From positions 49,662,001 through 49,726,000 of the forward strand of contig CM060732.1 of the NCBI GenBank assembly GCA_030704615.1: a DNA stretch of 64,000 nt, given 5' to 3'. Made by a program: the position numbers and the translations under genes. Of the stretch, positions 1-11,619 are shown piece by piece (positions within the stretch are counted from its first letter, which is position 1; each line of letters opens with the position of its first letter). The notes under the pieces are model-generated. The model was not told where the DNA came from. It ran no database searches and saw only the letters and a program-made list of their open reading frames with translations. This stretch comes from Takakia lepidozioides (Eukaryota > Plantae > Bryophyta).

Positions 1-435
1 TCGTCACGCAGATGTCGCATCATGGCAGGCGTGCAACGAATGAAGGACGGATGCCTCACTATTCATCCATTTCAAACTGACAGAGTCTGGACGGACCTCG
101 TGCGCCCCGCTGGCGCCAGGTCATTCCAATCTCATAATCTGACCACTGCAATTAAATACGCGCTGGCACCTCTAGAAAACAGGTCCACGATGGCTGGCCG
201 CAACCTCTAGTGCATCTCTCCTGTTTTGGCAAAAAATTGGAAAAAAAATGCCTTCATTTTTTGGAGCCTAAGAAGAAAGGAGCCTTTGGCAAAAAATTCT
301 CCAGCAAAAAAACTCTGATTACCTATGGTATCCGGGCCTCCAGCGAGTAGGAGATTGACAGCTGTCTCATATTAGTCCCATAATCTAGACAGAACTTGGT
401 GTTCCAATAAGTTGAATGATATAACCTGTAAATAC

Positions 436-1047
436 CAGTGTTGTGTGAATGTTTGATTCACATAGTACATGTGGATCTGCCGGAGGTCAAAAAATGTACT
501 TTCCGCCGAGTTACGAACTGCCGGATATGAAGAGGTGATATAACCACCAGTACTGGTTGAGAAGCATATTTTTCTTGTTGATCTAGTCTGCAACTAAGTG
601 GCCCAACAAGGCAGGTTATGAACCCTTTTATCCGGAAATTAGAACCAGGGTCATAATCTGAATAATAACCTGCGATTGTTCACTCATAGATGATGAGGCA
701 GGTCGCTGGCCCTCTCTTTTTTTATTTTACATATTTTTAATAATTTTGTTGCCAAGGAACTTCCTCTCTTTTTCTTTTTTTCTTAATAAGGGTATTTTTC
801 AATATTATATCATTTTAGATTGGATATTTTTATTTCTTTAAAAGAAACTGGGCTCCTGCTCTATGCCTTGGTGTTGTTCTTTTCTGCCATGGCCGTGGCT
901 GTTAGAGATAGTTTCCTTTCTTGTCTTTTCTCTTGGTTTTGGGTGGCTCTCCCCACCGTTGTAAGCTCCAAATCCCTAGAATCGGAGGACCACAACACAA
1001 ATTCGTAGTTAGACATATGTAACCGGCTGAATATCCGTGCAACACTA
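436..1047. mobile_element. Non-autonomous hAT element (MITE), ~612 bp
   Basis: Left end CAGTGTTGTGTGAATGT at 436; right end reverse-complements to TAGTGTTGCACGGATAT, and all mismatches are transitions. Flanked by an 8-bp target-site duplication GTAAATAC (428-435) / GTAATTAC (1048-1055), 7/8 identical. Confidence 0.8.
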
Positions 1048-1055
1048 GTAATTAC

Positions 1056-1180
1056 TAGTGTTGGGCGGGTATTACATTTTGGGCATATTGAAGGGTCCGG
1101 GTAAGGCATCTTCGTTTAAAGTGGTATAGAGGCGGTTATATATAATGTAGTGGTTTGAAAATTAAGTCGGTTAGAGGTTA
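1056..1180. mobile_element. Terminus of a second hAT-family element
   Basis: Begins TAGTGTTGGGCGGGTA with CGG-rich subterminal motifs. The same terminus occurs reverse-complemented at ~15850-15862 and ~21592-21607. No matching partner end with a TSD was found. Confidence 0.55.
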
Positions 1181-2399
1181 TCAATAGAGTGGTCCCAAAA
1201 AGGAAAACAACGTATTGACAAAAAGGACATAAGAAAATAGCTTATCACTGCCAATATGCTTTAATACGGAACAAACCACAACTATGTGTAGTTCTAAAAC
1301 CCTAAGAAATAATTTATCTTTACATATTTGACCATAAAAGCAAGCAATAAGAAAACAAACCAACCACATCTATTCTCAAGACAAATGGCTCCAATGCTAT
1401 TCCAGCAACCCCACTCAAAGCTCCAGCAATTACTGTTGCATCAGATATGAGCATGAGCTAGCAGCCAAGTATTAGAGGGTCCTTGACTACCAATGTACAA
1501 TTCAATATTGGAATTTCTTGGGTACCTTCTGAATATGCTTCTCAAGCTTTTCCTGCTCCATTTTCTGCAACACAATGTAGCGTGTTATAAATCAATGCTC
1601 ATTTTGTACAAAACTAGAAGTGACAGAAAGGTAGGGAAAAAAGGACGAAGCATAGAAAATATGTACTCATAAGACATTTGTTTGATGTAGCCTTTTAGCC
1701 CCACAACATGTAATCCATGTCTTTTTCATGACATTTCAAACTGCCTCAATCCAAATCTCTCTCCACACCTCCTTTTGTCAGATCTGCACTAGAAAACCAG
1801 ATGTGGATGTGGGGGATTCTAAGTGGCAGTCAGGTCACAGAAAGAAATTGATCATATTGAAGTGGTGTAGAGTTAATTTTTGTGCTATCTATTTGATGAA
1901 TGCAAAAGCCTGAAGTCATACACTACATTGAATACTGTGAAGATCTTACCCATGGGTTGCGAAGTGTGCTGCTTATTCACAACACTTGCAAAGAACTTTA
2001 GGGCAGAGGTAGACATTCCACCACATCGTGGTCCCTGTAATAAGAATGTAAGCAACGACTATGACCATACAAGGGTATTTATTGCTGAAAGATCTCAGTG
2101 CATTACAAGAATACTCAAGGCACTTCAGATATTGATCAAAGTGAGTGACATTAATTTGTCTTTTCTTGTAGATCTGGTCTGCTATGTTTGCAAGTATAAT
2201 TGGCTAGTCCATCTAGATACTAGCTAATCATATGGCCATGATGTGAAGGGCTCAAATCTCAAAGAATTATGCTTCTTCTATCACATTATGATTAAGCGGC
2301 TTTAGTGTGCTAGAAGTGGTTGGACAGTTTATGATGGAGTACTGTGGAGTATGTCCATTTTTGGATATATTGTTTGGTGTGACTGAGAGATGTAGCGGC

Positions 2400-3110
2400 T
2401 TGTTTGTTGGCTTTTTTAGAGAGAGTAAAGCGGAGGTTACGAATAGGTTTAGGTTCGGGAGGGCTTGGAATTGGATGTATTAGCCAGAAAAGGTGCGTAT
2501 GTGCAGTGTGGATGGGGTGTGTGGGGGGTTCTACTGGGGCTTTGGAGGCCCCTAGTGGGGCAAAGAGGTCAGCCTCCTCGTTCCCGTTGATTCCGGTATG
2601 TAAGCATACTTTAAGAAATTGAATGGGTTGGTTGATTGAGATGGCTAAAGTGATGATTGCTGAGATAAGATTACGATCTGGGTGGTGATGGTGGGATGAT
2701 GGGCTAGCTATGTGGTTTCGGAGGAGAAAGAGCGAAGTTAAGCTGTCTGTAAAAATGTAGTATGGTGAGGGGTATGCGTGTAGCTAGGAGAGGGCTTCGT
2801 AGATGGCCATAAGTTCGGCACGTAGTATGGTTGCGGGGCCCGAAAGTCGGTGGGCTGTACCAGTGTTAATGGCCGCGTGGTAGACTCTATATCCAGCGCA
2901 TGAACCAGCTTGGGAGCCATCTGTGTAGTGTGTATGTTCTGAGGGGTATTTTAAAGAGGTAGGGCCTAGATGAATTGGAGGTACTCCAACATGGGTGATA
3001 TTGAGTGACAGGATGGGGCGGGGAGGGGTCGGAATCCATGTTTTCTTTGTTTTTTGTCTGTAGGGGGATGGGGCGTGCAAAGGTGGCATTGAAAGGGATG
3101 TAAAGTTAAT
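2400..3110 (-). mobile_element. Degenerate non-LTR retrotransposon fragment encoding RNase H (RandI/Dualen- or I-like)
   Basis: Minus strand gives YTDGS...TILRAELMAIYEAL, then after a stop and frameshift IFTDSLTSL...KVCLHTGINGNEEADLFA. All four acidic RNase H motifs are present. Confidence 0.75.
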
Positions 3111-3360
3111 ATTGCTCTTAGTTACGCCGGCATCGGCCGGAGTCTTTCCTCTCTCTCTTATTTTTATTATTTGATTGTTTTTTAATCTTAAACATATTTT
3201 TGGGGAGAAAAAAGACCATATTCAACAAAATTGAGGGTTTCCATCCCCTCAAAGAAAAACAGAAGAACTTTACGTGACAATTAGGTGACAATTGCTTAGT
3301 TCTCAGTTTTTAGATAGCATACTTTGGTTTGGGAGAGATAAAAGCTCTAAAGCTGTCATT

Positions 3361-3580
3361 TTTTTTTTTTATTTTTTTTATTTTTTTTAAAAAGAAACCT
3401 GGGAGCTATAGCCCACAATTCAAGCCCTTGAGGAGGGGGGAAAATTAACCACCTTTCATTTATGGGCCATGGAGACCTACAGGACAATCAACGCCAGACA
3501 TACCGTCACGAACCATTGAACAATCCCACACACGGGCAGGGCAGCGGGTTTGAACCCCGAACCACCAGGGTGACACCTGT
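3361..3580 (-). mobile_element. tRNA-derived SINE, partial copy
   Basis: B-box GGTTCAAACCC on the minus strand near 3546-3557; body shared with 3865-4097; A-rich tail (T-run on the plus strand). Confidence 0.6.
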
Positions 3581-3864
3581 GCTATTTTAAGTTTTAAGAA
3601 AAACTGAAAAACTAAAATCCAAATTATTAATAAAACTTCTTATAAAAATACTTTTTGGTTCAATAAAAGTTTAATAAAAATCATCATTCATCTTTTTTTT
3701 ATTTGTTTCATTTGTTATTATTTGCTTACATGCTTGTTTTGAAGCAGAGTCTTCCTGGGTCAGCCTCCATGGCACCTTTTCAAGAGGTTATTCTCAGGGC
3801 TTTTGTCCCCTTGCTATAAAGTTCCAGGGCTACCATCCCCTTTCTTTTTAAGAAAAACCAGGTA

Positions 3865-4097
3865 TTTTATTTATTTATTTTTATAGAAGGGAAACACCTG
3901 GGAGTGACAGCTCACAAATCAGGCCCCTTAATAGTGAGAGGAGAAAATAACCTCTTTCACAGTAACCCGCCCATGAGGCGTAGGAATGGGGGCACCACCA
4001 CCGAGGAACCATACCACACCCGTCAGTAGCAAGATTTGACCCCAGAATCGTCTGGTTAGCACTCAGAGCTCTTAACCAACTGAGCTACTGACTGTTG
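3865..4097 (-). mobile_element. tRNA-derived SINE, near full length
   Basis: Minus strand has A-box TAGCTCAGTTGG (4076-4087), B-box-like GGGGTCAAATC (4033-4043), a 3' body GGCCTGATTTGTGAGCTGTCACTCCCAGGTGTTTCC and an A-rich tail. Related copies at 3361, 11505, 48231 and 49005. Confidence 0.8.
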
Positions 4098-4591
4098 GTA
4101 GGTGTTTCCCTTTCTTTAAGCAAAAAAGAAAAAAGAAGAAACTTGTTATGTTGACGGAAACAGTTAACAGTCAGTCCCCCTCTACGCACGGATCATGTAT
4201 GCATGTGATGCATGCATGCATGGAGGGTGGTTATGGATGCATGGCACCACATTCATGAGCAGCGAGAGAGAGAGAGAGGGAGAAGGAGAGCCCCGCACAG
4301 CGATTCTTGGCTGCGCAGACAGAAAAATTGATTGATGGAGATGGCGTGCGGGCGATGCGAGAGACGGAGGGGAGGACGAGATGTAGAAATTTTTTGTGCA
4401 GGGGAGTGAGATGCGTTTCGGTTGTGTTAGTCGTAGATTTTTTCGGCTGTTGTGTTGGGATGCGAGAGGGAGAGAGACGGGAAGCGGTGATGAGGCTTCT
4501 TGGAAGCTTAGGGTTAGTTAGCGAGGGTGCGGTTTGATTTGTTGGCTCTGGAAAGCTTGTGTGTGCATCCCCCTCGTTTTGGGGGAGAGAA

Positions 4592-7500
4592 ATGGGAGCA
4601 GTGACGTCATCAGTGGCAGCAAAGTTCGCTTTCTTTCCCCCCACGCCGCCGTCGTACCAAGTGGTGCAGGACGAGATCTCTGGAAAACTCAGGCTCGCAG
4701 AAAATGCACCTCGCGAGAATGTGGATGTGAAGTGCCTGCACACCAAGCGAGGACAGGACATTTATGCAATCTACGTTCGTCATCCCTTAGCCAGCCTCAC
4801 CCTTCTCTACTCGCATGGAAATGCTGCGGACCTCGGCCAGATGTATGAACTTTTCGTGGAGCTCAGCGTGCACTTGCGCGTCAATGTGCTTGGGTTTGTG
4901 CTTCTTCTCTCTGCTTTCTGACACATGGTAACTCATAGGACTGACATTGTGTGCTGACATGTGGCTACTTGAGCTTACTTACTCAGTGGACCTTTAGGAC
5001 TGTAAAGCAGTCGTACGAGACATATTCTTTTCTTCTTTGGAAGACAGGAGGAAGGGGCAGGTAATGAAAGTAGGTAGAATGAAGCAGAGACAGTGGTTGT
5101 GTTGTATTCCAAAGCCTTTGAGTAGATGAGGTTTTTACAGCTTTTTTGCTGCAACAGAGCTAGAATTTTGTACAGTGATTGTGTACATCAGAGACACAGT
5201 ATCTTTTGCTCAATGGCTTCGTGAGAAGTCCCAAAACGTACTTCATAAAAAATGCAAAGACCAAGAACTTATGATTTTTTGGTCCTGCGAGTTCACTGTC
5301 CGCAAAATAACCTTCGAAATGTACAAGGGCTGTACCCGCCATGGGAAGGGTATGATCCTTGTAATTGCTCGGATACATATACTTCTATATGTAAGCACTT
5401 GAGAACTCTGGAACTGTTGACTGCTAGCGGAATCAGTTGGCGGATCTTTAATAGTTGGCATATGTTGGTATCAATATGTAAGGAGGATAATACCATGGCC
5501 ACCTGGAAGTATGTCAACTTGGATTTATTGTGGTTGCAGTAGAGACACCATCCAGGACATCAGTGTGGATCACCAGAGTGCAAACTGGATGCAACTTTGG
5601 TATTCATAGTGGTGGTTGTAGAGCAAGGGGTGTTGCTCTGGATGTATGGAAGCATTTGCACTGTCAAGGCACTCTCATATTTAACATCTACCCGAAAAGC
5701 AAGTTTGTGAATATTACTAAAATTCAAGCAGTTGCTTTCACAGTTTCCTCTTAAGTGGATTCATACCTCAGTCATGACAAAGATCATATTGGTTTATCTC
5801 TGCATATGCACGGAGCTAAGTGAAAGTCGGTGGTTTTGCAGGTATGACTACTCTGGCTATGGCGCATCTACTGGGAAGGTTGGTCTCTTCTGGGATAATC
5901 TCCAGTAGTGGCGGGTCCCCCATTTGAGAGTGCTGCCTCTTTTTGACAGGGGATTAGAGAAATGCTTGAGTGAAGCCAGTCCATTGTAACTCCTCACTTT
6001 AGTACATGAAATTGAAATGCATTTGCTTTGTTTGCAATGGACTTGGTATGCAGTTTGTTGCAGAGCTTGCCACTTCTGCTACTTTCTCCTGTGTCACCCA
6101 TGTCATTTTAGATTCTAGTGCGTCGAAGGACACTGGACTTTCGTGTCGGCACTTGGACATTGTGCATCAGTATGTTTAGTGTCCACTTCATTTCTCCTTC
6201 AATGACTCCAGTTTTTTGTGGATACAATCTTGGTGCATATCTTTGCACACCATGAGCTTTATCAACCACAGAAAAGTCTGCGCCATTTGTGAAAACCTGA
6301 ATGCAGAGATAAACCAACATGATCAGAGTCCACAGATCTTCGGGGGATCCTGTTGTCACCTTCCAGAGCCCAGCTATGGTTGGAAGGGATGTGGACATTT
6401 TTCCTCAAATTTGAAGGCTACAAAGCCACCTTTGATGTCAGAGTCTGTCCATACAGCCTGGGAGTAGCCAGCTCTAAAAGGAGTAGTTATTTGGCTCATG
6501 CTCGGGAGCTTGAGCCCCTCAGCATAAACTGGGGGATCCCTGCAGGAGTTTTTCGTTCCATTTACAATCAATGCAAATTGTTGTTTGGATGTGTTAACAG
6601 CCAAGTGAGCCCAACACATATGCGGACATAGAAGCAGCTTATGAGTGTCTAGAGCGCGATTATGGTGTCCAACAAGAAGACGTAGTCCTTTATGGGCAAT
6701 CAGTCGGTAGTGGTCCAACTTTACATTTGGCTGCCCGGCTACCCCGCCTGCGTGCAGTGGTGCTGCACAGTCCTATACTCTCAGGTTTACGGGTGATGTA
6801 TCCAGTCAAGCGAACATACTGGTTTGACATCTATAAGGTGAGTCACTTTTTGGTTTGGTTGATGACCTACAGCTACTTTTACTTAAAGCAGAAGTTCAAA
6901 GTGAACGGAGCTCTCTTTTGACTTTTGAGTCCATTCCATAACGGTCGCCTCCCACTGAGGTCAGCTTCTACATTTGATATGTACAGATCTTTTAATCCTC
7001 TGCACCTGGCTCTCTCTCTGAACTTTGGACGCGTCAAGAGTTTTTGTCTTTCCTTTTTCTCACCTGCTGCTAAGTCAACATAGGATAGATTATGTACTGG
7101 TGCAATGTATATATGTGGTTGCTTGGGATGACCCTAATGTGGTGTGGTGGGTTATGTGCAGAACATCGACAAGATTGGACTGGTCAACTGCCCTGTCCTT
7201 GTCATGCATGTGAGTGCCTATTACCATATGTCCTCAAGGTCCTTACAGGTTATCTTCCTACGAAGTCTTGTTGAATGGAATTGTCTTCAAGATCACTTGG
7301 ATTGTACTACTACATTCATCATAGCTGGCTTATCATAACCAAAGACTTCGAATCTATTCCTATGTACTTCTCCTTTAGCCTCTCCTTGAAAGAAGGAATG
7401 GTTCCCAATGTAAAGCCAGATCTCTATGGGTGGATGGAGGCTACGGCAAACAACGTCGTCTTATGAGTACATTTATTTTCTATGGGTGGATGGAGCCGAG

Positions 7501-7788
7501 TAGAATCTCTTCTAGAGGGGATAGTCTCTCTCCCTCTTACTCACTCAGGAATAATTTCCTGTCCAGGGAACATCAGATGAAGTGGTGGACTGGTCGCATG
7601 GCAAGCAGTTGCATGAATTGTCCAAAGAGAAGTATGAGCCATTGTGGTTAAAGGGTGGTGGGCACTGCAACCTGGAGCTCTATCCTGAGTACATCAAACA
7701 CCTCCGCAAGTTTGTGCAAACACTAGAGCGATCAGTGGACATGAGCAGAAATGGCTCGCGGAGGGGATCTGCTGAGCGACTGATATAA
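4592..7788 (+). CDS. ABHD17: Alpha/beta hydrolase domain-containing protein 17-like (protein S-acyl thioesterase family)
   Basis: Exons 4592-4893, 5842-5878, 6601-6837, 7162-7209, 7567-7788, all GT-AG and phase-consistent. Motifs [34 protein letters not shown], nucleophile GQSVG, HGTSDEVV and GGHCNLE. Confidence 0.95.
7423..7495 (+). mobile_element. 39-bp, extremely 5'-truncated non-LTR insertion with a 17-bp TSD
   Basis: TCTATGGGTGGATGGAG at 7423-7439 and 7479-7495 flanks GCTACGGCAAACAACGTCGTCTTATGAGTACATTTATTT. The same 3' motif recurs near 29492-29523 and 37107-37138. Confidence 0.8.
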
Positions 7789-9021
7789 TGGCTAGAAGAA
7801 CCTGGGGACTTCCCTAAGATGCTGTTGTGTGTCTAGGGATTCTCTGTACATATTGTTACCTTTCTTACGACATTTATGCCGTTTCATGCATACAAAGAGA
7901 CGAGTGAAAGTGGTGGATGTTCATTAGCTGGAAAAATTGTGCAGTCTATTGGATCAGAGGATGGGGTTGGGAAGATAATATTCCTTGTTGTACTGGAAAA
8001 GTTGTCCATTGGTTGAGAGATCTGGTGGAAGTCTAGGTAGGTTCAAGATCAGACTCTGTTTGGACTGTACAGTCCACAACAGAGTGTAGGAGTTATGCTT
8101 GAAGTCTTAATCTTTAATGTTTAGAATGTGTCCACCAATTATTTAGGGTGGGCAGGAGTGAGTGCCACTCAAGAGCCAAAGCTTTGAGGTCCATAGCCCT
8201 GATTATTGTATTGTCAGAGGTGTTTGTGAACTTCTGGGCACGTTTTGCCCACCATTTATGAACAAATCATATTCACTCTTGTCATGTTTGGATCACCATG
8301 GATTTGATGCCATCTCTGTGAGGAAATTGTAGGTAACTATTAGGCTGTGCAGTTTCTGCACTCTTCATCAGCATCACAGGGAGGCCATCACCCAAGAAAC
8401 CAACACTATTTACAACGTGTACCTTGTGTAAGTTGGTTTTCTTTCTACCTTGATCTAATATGAAGGTTGATAAGAACCTTCATTATTGAGCTTGAGCCTA
8501 AATCAGATCTTCAGCTTGCTTTCCCCCTACACAGCTCCCACTGCATTCACACATACAGTGTGCAAACTATGTCTGTTCAAGAGTCTGGAGAAAGATGGTT
8601 GTGTTGCAAGGACCTTGGTGCCTTAGCTGCTTGTATATTGTTATGAGTGCAGCACAAGCAATTTCCGACAAGAACAAACCAGCACATGACCAGTACAAGG
8701 CCTCCACAATTCCTGTCAATCAGTGCACAGATAAATCCACAACAGGCGAAGGTGACCTCCAAAAACTCAATGCATCCCTTGATGAAAATGATACATTGTG
8801 TGTGGCTTACCTCCGACACAGGTAAGAGTCCAGCTGCACTGCAGAAGAAGCAGGACTGCAGGCAGGTCTATGACATCTTGGAATGCATCACCAACAACTT
8901 CTAACCTCTTGTTATGAGGTTGATACCGAATCTGTGACCTCTTTTAATGTATGGGGAACCATTTCATTCCCTGTAATTCCTAGAGCTTACTGGACTTGAT
9001 ATGCTAGCAAACTATCCAACT

Positions 9022-10601
9022 CTAGTATAACGATCCAAAAGTGGAAGACACCGAAGTTGCTCTTTGGCAACATGGTATTTGGGCGGCCAACCATCTGTCT
9101 ATACAGCGTGTGTGGAAGTTATGGGAGCAAGGTAAGTACACAACCTTCATGCCTACTTCTAAGACTCTGGAACAAACTGTGCATTTCTCAGCTCCTTGCT
9201 GCTTCTGCCTGACTGCTTCTTTCCCTTCACTCGTTGGTTGATTGGTCGGTGCCTGAGCTTTCACGTGTCGTGTTGGAAGAACCTTAATGTTGTAATCTGC
9301 GGGACACACAAACATTGCTCACATCCTTGAGAAGTGACCCAATTGCTATACCACATATACTCAAAAGCATGGTCAAAGAGTTTTCAAGGTTCACAGATTT
9401 CCATGTAATGACGTTAGATTCAAACCTCAGAATATAAACCCAGAGCGTCAGTGATGCATCACACTTTGTGGACTTAGTTAGACATGACAGTGGTCAAAAA
9501 GGTCGAGCACAAAAATGCGATTTTACCCATCCATTGACTTGCTTGCAGATTTGCATGCAACTGGGCTACCAAACTACACAGAATTGTTGGCTTCAACACT
9601 ATGAAGTCACTCTTTCCTTCCCAGAACCCACAGTTCTGTTCCTCTGGTACATCTGTCACATAAGGAAAGAGACCCCACAGGAAAACCAGAGGGAACAAGC
9701 ACTACATTGCAAAGACGTGTGCATCAGGATCTCCATTCATCTCTCCGACCTCGGGGCATTCACTCGAATCATGTCAGGCGTAAACCCAAACGTGAGAGTT
9801 CCAGCAGTTTCAGGATTACAATGGAAGATCTCCGACACTATGGCAACCTACCATCAGAGCTCTAATCAGCACACTTTTCTGGTCAAACAGTGGCATACTA
9901 CAACTAATCAATAACAGTTTGTCAACAAAGTACCACTGAATTCAACCAGAATCTGGTAAGGTTTTGACATTCACAAGTCATACACAAGGAGGTTCCACAC
10001 ACATACATCTGACATGCGATAGCATCTGGAGCTCGTATGACAAGATTCAGTAAGGGCATCCAGAGAGTGAGGCGTCGGATACTCTTCTAATTTCTAGCCA
10101 GATTTCGTGGAGATAACATGCGAAGGACAATTTAGCTAAAGGAGGGATGGAGTGGATGTTTATACCTGATTGCATGATGTAAGGTTGGCGATAACGGTAG
10201 TGACCAGCGACAATTCTGTGAGAGCCTGTCAACATATATTCGATCTCATCGGTGTCCTCTCCGACCGCACTGAGATAGCCAACACCGCCGTAGAAATCCA
10301 ATATCTTCCGAGCCTTTGTTGGGCTGGAGAACCCATGGATTTCACCCTGTGCGTTTGTAACCCATATGTCTGCAGAGCTCCTTTTGCCCATATCTCTGCG
10401 TGCTGAGTGGGGAACTGCTATGTTACTGCTACCTGTCCTGGATATGGATCTGTCAAATCTAACTGATATTCTGTTTATCGAACTTGCCAAGCTCTCGACC
10501 TGTTGGGTTAGAAGTGGCTCTCTGGAGCACGACATGCTGTTCATGGATCTACCCAAGCTCTCGACCTGCTGGACTAAGGGATACCCTCTTTTTCTCTTCA
10601 T
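9022..10601 (-). CDS. RING-H2-like finger protein with an uncharacterised N-terminus
   Basis: Phase-consistent model with exons 10601-10166, 9652-9527 and 9296-9022. Last exon has CTVC...LPCSHNFHTRCIDRWL...IPCC. Exon 1 has a 63-bp internal duplication (QQVESL twice). Confidence 0.7.
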
Positions 10602-11068
10602 GGCAGAGAACTCTTAAAAGGGGAAGAGATCTAAACTGGGTCTAAAAGAATGCGATCACATTGAGCAACCTCCAAATTCTGTGACAATCGGGGCTTTCTT
10701 TTCTCTCCACGCAAGAACCCAATTCCAGTAAAAAGGGAGAGATCCAAATTGGGAGATAGATTAGTAAGCAGCGTCCATAACCGGGCCTTCCTCTCTCTCC
10801 TGTCAGTGAATCATCCGTTGAGTATAGCACTTGTGCGCAAGCAGCGAATCTCTTACTAAACCAGTTAACCTGTGATCATGTGCAGAAAACATTCTAAACC
10901 TAGACAAGATCCTGCATTCACTACACAAATCATGGGCTTAGAATAGGTTGATCACCTTCGCAATCCCCACTTCGAAGGAAACGTAAAGACAGACAAAGAG
11001 CCTTCTCTTCTCTTTCTTTAAAGCAAGGCTTCATACGATGGATGAAAACAGCATCTCTCTATCCTACA

Positions 11069-11091
11069 TCTCTCTCTCTCTCTCTCTCTCT
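11069..11091. repeat. (TC)n microsatellite upstream of the RING gene
   Basis: About 11 perfect TC units; GA-rich on the gene strand. Confidence 0.9.
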
Positions 11092-11504
11092 GATTTCCAG
11101 ACCCCAATTGTTGAAGCAAAGATGACATGTCCGACTCCCTAGTTACCTACACGGCTCTGTGCACTAGACTTTCAGTAGGGAACTTTCTGAACACACTTTA
11201 CTAAAGAAAGAAGAGTGGAAGCTGACGAATGCCTAACTTATAGTGCATTTAGTTCTTCCAATCCATGTGTCTACTGCAGACCTCCACCTCCTCATAATTA
11301 CTCTGCCTGCCTCCCAAAACTCCTCAATCATTTGTTTGTCTTATTCATAACGGCCGTCAGCATATCTTAATCAGAGCCACTCACTTCCCTGCTAATGTTT
11401 CTTTTTTTAAACATATGTACCAGCAGCTGCTACTAAAAGCCCAGTTGGAGTGTTTGGGGCTCAAAGCCTGCCACCTTGTCCTGTGTGCCGCTTGGGGATG
11501 GTCC

Positions 11505-11614
11505 TGTTTGCCTCCATGGCTTAGGTATATGGAAGGGCTTACTTTTCCCACTTTCTCTTGTAAAGGCCTGAATTGTGAGCTGTCCCTCCCAGGTTTCACT
11601 TATAAACAACAAAA
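11505..11614 (+). mobile_element. SINE 3' fragment
   Basis: GGCCTGAATTGTGAGCTGTCCCTCCCAGGTTTC followed by an A-rich tail, matching the SINE family at 3865-4097. Confidence 0.6.
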
Positions 11615-11619
11615 ACTTA

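Noticed and set aside
4030-4095. Functional tRNA genes here and at ~48335-48395
   Set aside because: A and B boxes are present but there is no convincing cloverleaf, and both are attached to a repeated body, so they are SINE heads.
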